NCBI RefSeq assembly: GCF_001194135.2
Contig: NC_068986.1
Span: forward strand, 15,517,349-15,581,348
Direction of reading: 5' to 3'
Source: Octopus bimaculoides
Taxonomy: Eukaryota
DNA length: 64,000 nucleotides
Below the pieces are notes generated by a model, which was given only the letters and a program-made list of their open reading frames with translations, did not search any database and was not told where the DNA came from. This document shows, piece by piece, positions 54,003 to 64,000 of this stretch. Each line of letters opens with the position of its first letter. The first letter of the stretch is position 1. The position numbers and the translations under genes were made by a program.

Positions 54003-55874
54003 TTTAACGTTAACATTAAATGCGTTCATTTCATGGAATATGCATCGACTTACCGTATATTTTGATGATCGAACAAATAGCATAGGTTTCGATAAAGTTA
54101 GGAGTCAGCTGGAATACATGTTGCTGAAATCATTCAAGTATTGGAATATAGGTTATAGCGAATATATTTTATTTGTTAGACTAATTTCTATGTTTCGTTC
54201 ATCTATTTTCTCCAACCACTATTCCTGGGAGAAATGTGAGTGAAGACTTCTGAAGCACTTCCTCCATACGGCCAAATTGGAAATAAGTCTCACTAAACTT
54301 TCCTGCTAAATTTCCAAGGATGTCCAACTGACGCTATAGATATTATCCAACAATTTCTTCTACCCTTCTCCAACGACATGGTAATTAGTGTTATTTAGTA
54401 TAATCGGAAAATTGTCAAGTCGCTCTAAGATTATAGCCAGGAGTGGCTCCTATCAATTCTAATAATCATTACCATCCAATACAGAGAAGTGTGAACTAGA
54501 AATGGGGCCACAAATTTTAATGCGTGACTGAATACATCAGAATACTATGGTATGTGCTGTATCTCAAAAACAGACACGGCAGGTGAAAAAGTAATATTTT
54601 ATGCAGAGAAACACTCTAGATAACACCCAGAAAACATTCTACTGTCATAGGTATCAATATATGTTTTGGACAGTACCATTGTAATTGATTGGAACTCTAC
54701 TTCCATTCGCTGTTCACCATGCGTGAAGACTTATTGCTGGTTGGCAGATACCTGTCCTGATCAGGAAGTAGTTTTGTTCTCTGAGGTTATAAACAAAAGC
54801 AGCGGTTCGAAAGTGCTTCTAGCAGATGAAAAACAAAGATGTCGAAGCATCGACTTTTCAGAGTGCATTGTGCTACTGAATAGATTGTGTTTTGGTAACT
54901 CATTCGTCATAGAAGCGAAGTTATTTTTCTCTATCGATACACGCCACTGATGAGCATATTAATATCAGTATCTACTGGACCATATTAAAAATGAATTTTC
55001 AAGACATTATTTTGAATCTGTCGCTTTACCGTACATAGGGAAGTTTATTAGAAACTTAAATGTGGTAATCGAAAAGGAATGTTAAACGTTGTGTTCTGTG
55101 TTTCCGTATAAATCTAAGACAAATATTAGGTATAAATCAGTAAAATTATGTTGACTATCGCTGTCGTTCAATAAGTACTTTACGTGGCTTTGGGTTTTTC
55201 ATGTTGTAATATTTGCATATGCAGTTATACGAACAATCTTGAAATGCGATTTTAAATATGCTACAACTAATTCTGGGCAAACTTTACTTTAGGTGAACAG
55301 TATTTTTGTGTCATTAATGGAAGCAATCGCAGAAATATTTTCATTGAAAATTTTGTCTGGTTGCTCATATAAGATGTAAAGAACAATCCGTAGGTATGTT
55401 CGACTTATCATTCTGCTTGGCACTCCAACGTCTTATCTCTGAGAAGGGGTAAAATTTATTCACATTTCAAAAACAGTAAAGAAAAGTTATAAAGGCCAAA
55501 AGGCGCCCCGAAAAAGATAAAAAGAAAACACTACATTAACAATATCGACTAACATAGTTTCCCATGAAAATCACTGGCTTTCTGCCCAAGGTAGAAATTA
55601 TTATTATTAATGCGGTTGTTGCTGTTACTACTACTAATGCTGTTTTTGTTAATTTGGAAGAAGAGAGAAAACTGTATTAGAGATATGTGTTGCACTCACG
55701 CATATATAAAAGCTGAATGTGACGACGCTGAAATGGCAAAATACAATACGATTCCAGATAAATAGGATATTGAATTGAAATTACTCTACATCGTACTTCA
55801 TATTCCTGCCACATTCTCGCCCGCGTTCTTATCTATATTTTTTGTGGTTGTTGATATAACGTTTTACAACAAAA

Positions 55875-56175
55875 TGGTGAACGGGCAGAATCGTTTGCCC
55901 GCTAGCATTTCGGTCGTATTTAATTCTGAGTTCCAATTCGACTTTGCCTTTTATACTCTCGGGGAACGATGAAATAGTACCACTTACACACTGGGGTGTA
56001 TTTAATTCACGTACCCCTTCCCCTCTTTTCAAGCCTTGTACCTGTATTCCCCAAGGTCGTTTTTTAACTTTCATATTTTAGGGATCAAAAAAATGAATAC
56101 CAGTAAAGTACTATGGTGGATATAATAAAATTGCCTGCTTCCCGCAAAATTGTTGGAGCTGTAACAAGATTAGAG
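55875..56175 (+). mobile_element. Degenerate SINE family B copies
   Basis: GGCAGAATCGTTTGC head, TCTGAGTTCCAATTCGACTTTGCC body, partial second copy. Confidence 0.6.
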
Positions 56176-57193
56176 AGATATATTGCTTGGCGACTTCCCT
56201 TTGTTATAAACAGGGTTGTATTTCCTTCTTTACTTCATTGTTCCTTTTTTTATTTTCAATTGTTCTGTTTAGTACACAAAAGAAATTTTACATTCTTTCT
56301 CAGAAGCACGTGCAATATTCGAGAACAAATATTGACGTCACAACTAATATTTGTTTGTTATTTCTTTCAACATAGAATTTCTTCTTGACATACCATACTT
56401 CGTGACAACCAATTCTATATCAATCAGCGGGGCAAGTTTCCTCTTCAACTAAATGTTTGTTATTCTGCTATTTACTCCATTTCCTCTTTTTGTTAAAATT
56501 GCTTTTATTGTTCTTCAATTTCACGGGGATTTTCAAAGCGACATATTTGTTTGTTATTCAATGTTAAGAAATAGATCAGTATTTTCCTTGTTTAGAACCT
56601 CCTTTCGGTGGATCATGGGGAAAAAATACATAAAAGTGTGCAAGTTTAAAAAGGATGTTCACTGTTGTTGACTATATTAACGGGTAACAAACACGCTTAA
56701 GATTAACAAGTTCCAAATTGTTTAATGGAAACCTTGCACAATGGAAGCCACAGTTGGTAATGACGTTCAGGTATACCAAAAGCACTTAAGTCTCCAGCTT
56801 GTTTACAACATAATGAGAATGTCTTATGCACAATACCCAGAGCTATCTTTGCAGGCAATCTGCTAATGTATATATATATATATTAACAAATATGAAACAC
56901 ACATTGTATGTCTGATGTACATGGAATAAGCAGCACAATTTTTAACTGTTTCCATGTATGTTTTTATGTCAAGACCTCAGTCGCTGTAAATTCTTAGATT
57001 CTCATCTTACAAAAGCTCTGCAGTCTAATGTTTTGATGTTGACATGTAAATAAGGAATCGGCTATGGTAATTTTTATTGCTGAAAATGACATGGAGCTTA
57101 TTATATACTGTTTTTGTAGCCTATATGCCAAAATAATGAGAATATCTTATACACAAACCCTAGTGCTGGACATCTATCCTTTTAGGCAATCTG

Positions 57194-57228
<35 letters not shown>

Positions 57229-57419
57229 TTCTCGTAGTGATTCTGTTTCACATGAGGAGACTGATGGTGTTAGCTTCGATCAAATTCTTGCAATATAGAT
57301 TAAAATATGGCATACGATGCACTAAAAGCAGCATATGATATAGTTCTACATTTAAGATATGACGAATTATGTACATTATTTACATTTAACGGATATGTGT
57401 CCTCATCTTGTTTGCTGTT

Positions 57420-57465
57420 AACACAACGTTTCGCCTAATATAACCTCCAGCCTTCATCAGGTGTC
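57420..57465 (-). ncRNA. Minimal type I hammerhead ribozyme motif (left arm)
   Basis: Reads GACAC CUGAUGA A GGCUG-loop-UAGGC GAAA CGU U GUGUU: stem I GACAC/GUGUU, intact core, one mismatch in stem II, palindromic ACGU stem III (needs a dimer); predicted cleavage after GUU. Confidence 0.7.
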
Positions 57466-57514
57466 TTTGGGGGAAATTTCAAACGTGGGGTCTCATTCCT
57501 AAGGTATTTTTCGA

Positions 57515-57580
<66 letters not shown>

Positions 57581-57758
57581 TGTCACTGTTGGAATCGAAC
57601 TCGGAATCTTGGGGTTAGTAGCCCGCACTCTTAACCATTATGGTTAAAGAAAAAAACCCATGGGCATATGGCGTGGTGGTTAAGAGCACGGGCTACTTAC
57701 CACAAGATTCCGAGTTCGATTCCAGACAGTGAGCTGATCATTATTATTAATGATGATG

Positions 57759-57821
<63 letters not shown>

Positions 57822-57868
57822 TCGAAAACTACCTTAGGAAGGAGAACCCAGGTTCGAAATTTCACCAA

Positions 57869-57914
57869 GACACCTGATGAAGCCTGGAGGCTCTATCAGT
57901 CGGAACGTTGTGTT
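57869..57914 (+). ncRNA. Degenerate hammerhead motif (right arm)
   Basis: GACAC CUGAUGA A GCCUG..CAGUC GGAA CGUU GUGUU; GAAA is mutated to GGAA, so probably inactive. Confidence 0.55.
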
Positions 57915-59199
57915 AACAACAAACAAAACGAGGACAAATATCCGTCAAATGTAAATAATGTAAATAATGCAGCATATGATATATTTCACATTCAAAATTA
58001 AAACGATGAAAGAAGTATTTAAGAATAAGTAATCCAATCCACATATTATTTGCCCAAGATATTCGAACAAAGGTCGGACTCTTATATGTATGTTTCCGCC
58101 AAGAAATGCCATTTGATCAACTGCTGGTGTTCATCTAAATTTTAAAATGTTAACGCTCTGTCACTCTATGAACAGCATTTCAGAAGTGAATGCTTTAAAA
58201 ATAACTTCTATGTTAGCCTGTTATACGATCATCCACGTTTTCCAGCAGTTTACTGCTTCAATGTTTGACGGAATACGAAGCCACAACATGGGCAGCTTAC
58301 ATATGCGATAAGTTGTCGGATTTTGCCGAAAATCAGTAAATGCAATTAGAATATGTCGACAGTGATTGTTTGGGGAATTAAATTGGTTGGTTTGGATTGG
58401 TTCTTAATGCGTGCTTTATAACAAATATCCAGAGATAACCATATGCATGTGCGCTTCTAGGAATTAAGTGATTTACCCTATACGTTCAAAACAACATTTT
58501 GAAAACGGCTAATAAACCTAGATTCGGAGCGGTCACTTCCACATGTATGCAGCAGAAACTTTTAAAGTAATATGAGCGTCCATACATGCTGGTTATTCAC
58601 AGTTAAGTAACTTTTGCATCCGCTTGCTTAGTCTTTAAAGTGTAATGGTTGTGCAAGCTAAATTACCCTTATAAGTAATTATGCCAAGTTAAATACATGG
58701 TTTGTCAAAGGTATTCTTTCCCTTTTGTTGCTCTACGCTCTGAGTTCTGAACCATTTCTATCGAACATAATGTTCTTGAGTAGTATCATTCTATTTTTTT
58801 TTTCGTTTTTATAGTGTTATGAAAGCACTTTAGTTTTCTCTAGTCATCATTCACATATCTGATACCTCAGCTTCCTCCTTCGTTTATTTGAAGAGGAAAG
58901 CAATTGTTTTTCTATTGATACATAAGCGGTTATGACTCTATGTAACCCGTTTCCCTTTAAGTTAGTAGTATAAATAACCATCGCACTACAGTATATGAAT
59001 ATAATAGTTTTATAGCTACACGTTGATTCTGCTCCAATCTAACGGTTATAAATATAATTCTGAACCGGCATCTACATATTACACTTCAATATCTTCATTG
59101 TTTCTTATTTACATACCTAGAATTGCTAATTGAATTATCTTTAGTTTCAGAAAATTATTAATTATAACTTATTACTAGAAGAGTTAGACAATGATTATT

Positions 59200-59700
59200 A
59201 CATTTTCATTCTTCTTTTATGTGTATATTTTCGATTTTTTTTTTGTTAACACCGTTATAAGTATTCATTAAATCTGTCCGTATTAATCTTATTAATCTTT
59301 TCATTGGTTCCTGTATGTAGGACTTTGTCTAGTTCATTATTTCCAAAGTATACAGAATTCAGTCTTTGGTAAAATTATCTGATGGAGCAGCATGCAATAT
59401 AACAGCATTCATATAGAAACAACGACCAATCTTCTTTATATATCATTTATATCCGAATTGAAGTATCACGTGTACTTTCTTGTTCCTCCTTTATAAGCTG
59501 CATCTCGATGTATCCTCATTAAATTTAAGACAATTGAATGCCTTCCATTCTCATCGGCAACTCGATTTGATCTCGTCTGATATACATTTTTCTTCGCTTT
59601 GTCACCAGCAGTTTTTTCAGGAGTATATATATTTCTGATGAGAATATTTATTTGGTTGACAGTTTCTAAGGGGTTATCTATAGTCTTAATTCTTATTTTA
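59200..59700 (-). mobile_element. Highly decayed LINE reverse-transcriptase/thumb fragment (RTE-like)
   Basis: Minus-strand fragments ETVNQ, WKAFN, a LYGCE-like segment and an IL..W..I.N-like spacing are typical of RTE-type ORF2; many disablements. Confidence 0.4.
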
Positions 59701-60204
59701 GGTTAGTATTTTCATCTGGCCCTCTTTTGCTTTCTTTGGTGGGTTCTGCATATTTTTCATTTCATTTCTATGACTTAAAACCGACACACGTTAACAGACA
59801 CACCTGGTTACATTGTTTTACAAACTTAACCGAACTCCGAACAATTAACTCTACCGTCCCAAATCTTCTAAATAGTGTTCAAATGATATGTACAATAATT
59901 AAACCTAGTTACATACCTGTTGGCTAAGTAACCCTTTCACCAAATAACATTGTTTAGTGAACCCTGAAAAGCAATCTCCAGACTGGAGCTTACACACCAA
60001 AATAGACCTAAATACAGCGTGATACACGCTTGACTGCACTTAAAACAATGTCACAACTTTCTTGATATTTATATTTTCTTTTGGTCAACTTTAGTTTCGT
60101 TTATGGAATTGCACGTGGTTTGTGTGTTGTGAGTGATTGCTCGATGCCTTTTTTTGTATCTAGTTATTTTTGTCATGTATTTTAAAAGTTTGAGTCTTTT
60201 CTTC

Positions 60205-60480
60205 AGTTGGCCAAACGGTTAAGGTCTTGCATTCACTCTTACGAAAGGTGGTTTCAATTATCCGACCAGCACGTCAGTTCAGTGTCCTTGCTCTATTTCA
60301 CTCAGTTGTGAAAGAGATCCAGCAAAAGCTACGAATTTAATCATGCGCAGGACCGACCACCTGCTCCTCGAGGAAGACTGTTGTAACCTCAGTCACTGAT
60401 ACGCTTTGCAAACAGGATTAAACTCAGTATTAAAAGTCCTAAGGATCATGACAGGCCCAAGTCTACGTAAACATATTTAT
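60205..60480 (+). mobile_element. Possible ancient tRNA-derived SINE
   Basis: TGGCCAAACGGTTAAGG A-box-like and GGTTTCAATT B-box-like motifs; body not matched elsewhere in the window. Confidence 0.3.
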
Positions 60481-61850
60481 TGTTCGACTTTTGAGAACAT
60501 ATTATAGATTATTATGTATGCCTGTTATTCGCTATTTGAACGACGGTTATAGATTTTCCAGTTTTGTTCTGCTTTATCAATAAAAGGCTGATGTATTTAT
60601 TTATATATCGATTGTTTATGTTGAATATATCGTTGATTTGTAACTGTTAAAAAAGATCTTAATTTATATTTTACTAGTTCATCATTTTCTTTCAGTTTTG
60701 CGTTTAGAATACAAGAAGAGACGGAGTTCCCTCTATTCATAAATAACCCTTGACAAAACTCTCCAATGAATCTAATTATTTTAATTTCTTTCGTATTATG
60801 ATCGTATTAAGCATACTCTATGGAATTCTCTATAGCTCTTGGAGAAGATTCATCCAGATTTTGATTTATTATTTACAACTTATGATGTTTCAATTATGTT
60901 ACTTTCATTTTAAACTAGGTCTTAATCCATCACTTCGCTACCGGTATAAAATATTTGTTAATCATACAAGTACCTTTTTTTAATAGTAGACCGTAATCTA
61001 TCTATCTATCTTTCCTCCCCCCACACCCACACACTCATACTCTAATTCTCTCTCAACCGCAGCAACTTTTTCTCCTCCCTTCTTCCAAAAATACAATATG
61101 ACGTGTATTTTGATTCCTCTTCCTTTCCTTCCCTCTAATAGATGTTGTGACGGACAGATAGATGGATTTCCGCTTCTCGTTTATAATATACGATTAGCAC
61201 ATTTAATTTGCATGTAAGAATGTTACATTTTTTATTTCTACATTATTTACTCACGCATTATTTACTTGAAATAAATATAGCTGTACTTACCCCGATCCCT
61301 ATGTTGTCATATTCTTCTATTGAATGTTCAATCTCCAATACTTTGATAAGGTTACATTCGGCCTGTGTGATATTTGTGAATATATTTCAGTCTTTTCTCC
61401 AGACGAAGACCATAACAGCATTGCCGCCAGATTTATGTTGATGTAGAATGGGCCAGTCTTTAAGGCTCTGAGCTGACACACTCATTTCTACTTAGCGACC
61501 TGTTTTCAGGCTCTCTACGTTCAGAGTTCACATACGACCGATGTCATATTTTCCTGTTAATCTTTTCGGTGTCCATGCCACATGTACCTCTCAAGTATTA
61601 GGGTCAATATATTCGATAAACCCCTTCTCCGCACTTTTCCGGATTTGTGCCTACAGTACAAAGGATTATTATAATTTTTTTCTGTCGCTGTGGAGGTCTT
61701 TATTTTTATACAGTGGTATTAGTGATAGTGGCGTGTGATATTCCGTTCTGTTTCTCATTGTATCTATCATATCCTTTTTGGAAATATTACCATTTGTCTT
61801 TGAGAAATAAGAACTAAACTTCATTCATCATTTTAATTAATATACGCAAA

Positions 61851-62714
61851 TTATTTTAAAGCTTTTGCTTTAAAATAACACATGCAATTTATTTTAAAGA
61901 TTTGCTTAGCTGTGTTTCTGAATTTTTCACTAACACAAAAATATAGAATACAATTGACAGTGTAGTTTATGCATGAAATGAAGTCGACAATCAAGAAATT
62001 GTGTTCTGAGAGAATGTTTGAATCCTCTTTAACGTTAGCAGCAATGGACACAGGAAACGTGGTGAGTAAAAATATGGTATTTATACTGACTACAAGAAAA
62101 ACTGTATTCTTTGACTGAGAATTTTCCTGATTTTGCTGACCAAGATTTGGTCTATGAAGTAATTTGTATGTCATTAGTATAGAACTTACAAGTAAAAGGG
62201 TCGCTGGTATGTAAGCGTAAAAAGAGCAAAAAATGATGAAAGAAATTCTACTTGAAAATATTGGGTTATATACTAACAAAGCGGTAATTATAAATATACA
62301 AATCAAAACAGTTGATAATATTATAACAAAGGAATAATATTGCTTAGAACGACGCATAAATTTAAACGGAAAATACACGGCTAATACACGTTCCAGTGAT
62401 ATAATCACTGTTATCCACGAAGACAAATCGCAGAAAATGAGGTTTAATAATAGAAGCAAATTCAAAGTTCTAAGTGGGTATCCATATCCGTATGTTTGTA
62501 AAATAATTCTCATTAAATTCAGCCATAATGCGATTGTGTCTACGACAGATAGGACAATTATATACAGAGATATTTTTAAATCCCTCATTGATTTTGTACA
62601 CATGACTCCAATCACAAGTAAATTACTTAAATTTCCGAAAACCAGCATAGTGACTGCACTGTAGCGAAGTGCTGTGTGACTCTCCGTGATGTTCATAATC
62701 CTATGAAAAAACAT
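61851..62714 (-). CDS. Intronless class A (rhodopsin-like) 7TM GPCR, 287 aa, resembling the invertebrate FMRFamide/peptide-receptor-like orphan and chemosensory expansions
   Basis: Uninterrupted ORF (in-frame TGA two codons upstream of the ATG) with seven hydrophobic segments and class A landmarks: GNLSN (N31=1.50), LSVVD (D59=2.50), SLERV (R109=3.50), YIP (P170=5.50), FLLTTFP (P221=6.50), NYTVNCILY (TM7), helix-8 SEKFR, N-I-T sequon at N8, C-terminal CMC. Confidence 0.9.
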   Translation of the reverse strand: MFFHRIMNITESHTALRYSAVTMLVFGNLSNLLVIGVMCTKSMRDLKISLYIIVLSVVDTIALWLNLMRIILQTYGYGYPLRTLNLLLLLNLIFCDLSSWITVIISLERVLAVYFPFKFMRRSKQYYSFVIILSTVLICIFIITALLVYNPIFSSRISFIIFCSFYAYIPATLLLVSSILMTYKLLHRPNLGQQNQENSQSKNTVFLVVSINTIFLLTTFPVSIAANVKEDSNILSEHNFLIVDFISCINYTVNCILYFCVSEKFRNTAKQIFKINCMCYFKAKALK

Positions 62715-64000
62715 TCCTCAAAATTTCACCATCCATGAAGAATTTATTAAACAAGTGTTGTTGGTACCGCAGCGAAAAATACAATAGTACATTCATTATT
62801 GTTTTTATTGTTATTTTTGACACTGGTAATCTCGTTTTAGTAGTTTTGTAGTGTTTTCTGTCTTTTGTATTGGCATATATCGATGTACATGATTTAAATC
62901 TTGTTAGATTTAGGAGATTGGAATTAATATGCAGGTGTTGTATTTGGAAAAAAATTTCAAAGGTGGTCTTACTGTGGGTCTTCCAATTGCGTCCTCAGAG
63001 AATAAATTATGGACAACTTGAAGTTTGTACAACGAATCGAAAAATTTGTTTATACAAATTAAATCACAATTATATTTTGAAATTATAGACGACTTCAAGT
63101 GACGGCATCCCAGCAACTGACTCTACACGCAAACTGCTACATGTAGCTGAAACATAGAGGACTTGGAAAGTAACTTTTACAAAATGATTTGCTGCAGATT
63201 GAAGTAGATAATCGACGATTAGCGCAAGCGTGGAAAGCATAATATGGAAAGCTTCAAAGAACACACGTGACAGAATTAATATAAATATCGCTTGCAAAAT
63301 ATAGTTATGAAACAACTGCATGGATTGCATCATTCTCCGATACATGTTGTGAGAAAAATTAAATAAAAATCACATATATTTACGTATATTATGTTTTCAT
63401 ATCATGTTTGACTTATAATCATTAATAATCCGTACAGGCCTTCAACCTTTGTTCACACACACACAAACACACTGAAACACTATCACACACATGCTGTTAA
63501 TCGAATCCACCAGATATGATTGCATTATTTTATTGTCGTTGCTGTTATTATTGGTGTTATGTCTTAACGACAGATGGCGATCGTTTAATTTCAATCTTTG
63601 CTTAGACGCAATGTGACTGCGTTTATCCCACGCTCTATACAAGTACGAATGTACTTCGTATGAACTCTGCTTTCTATTAGATGAACGACTAGGGAAAAGA
63701 TTTGCTGAGATTTGTCTATTATCTGTAGTTATTCCAGTGACGATTTAAATTTACCTTTTCACCATGTCTAAAGCTATTACAGAGTAAATATTAATACATT
63801 ATAATGTCATTGTCTAATCACAATGACAGCAACACACCTGGATATGAACGGATACAACAACGCATTAATGGCTTATGATAATGGCTGACAAATTGATCTG
63901 CTATAAGGGAGGGGGTGATGTTTAATTAACGATAGTGAAGGCAAACACATATGCATAAACACACACTGTCAGGTACGCTTGCAAGTATATATATATATAT

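Larger units (their letters stand above)
57343..57968. mobile_element. Palindromic tRNA-head/(TAA)n/hammerhead retroelement with 15-bp TSD
   Basis: Arms 57367-~57640 and ~57668-57967 are reverse complements. GCAGCATATGATATA is duplicated at 57328-57342 and 57969-57983. Each arm carries B-box GAGTTCGATTCC, a TAA tract and a CTGATGA..G(A/G)AACGTT motif. Confidence 0.85.

Noticed and set aside
54666-54950. 94-aa ORF with a TTG start
   Set aside because: No motif, no splice or codon support, and length within chance range.
57668-57735. tRNA gene
   Set aside because: Has A/B boxes but no complete cloverleaf or acceptor stem; it is the head of a repeat.
57500-57830. CRISPR-like or prokaryotic features anywhere in the window
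   Set aside because: No repeat-spacer arrays or operons; the sequence is eukaryotic repeat-rich DNA.

Overview
AT-rich, microsatellite-saturated eukaryotic genomic DNA with many N-gaps, most of them bounded by simple repeats. The repeat content looks like a coleoid cephalopod, probably Octopus; this is inferred from recalled repeat families, not from a search. Only one credible protein-coding gene is present: a single-exon, unusually compact class A 7TM GPCR at 61851-62714 (-). Almost all other ORF-track entries are microsatellite or N-gap artefacts. The rest is mobile-element debris: four mariner transposase relics, RTE-type LINE fragments, three R4/Dong-type LINE pieces sitting in (TAA)n tracts, three tRNA-derived SINE families (one forming stereotyped multimers), a hAT-like MITE and several fold-back elements. 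The most interesting signal is a set of minimal type I hammerhead-ribozyme motifs, mostly within inverted-duplicated (fold-back) insertions. The best example is a ~625-bp palindrome at 57343-57968 in which each arm reads tRNA-like Pol III head - (TAA)n - hammerhead - fixed terminus, with a 15-bp target-site duplication (TSD). A second copy with the same terminus and a 14-bp TSD lies at 26683-26892. Unrelated hammerheads occur at 40120-40208 (+) and 44893-44938 (-). This suggests Penelope-type, self-cleaving non-autonomous retroelements, including a SINE/ribozyme hybrid. All folds and alignments were done by eye and catalytic activity is untested.
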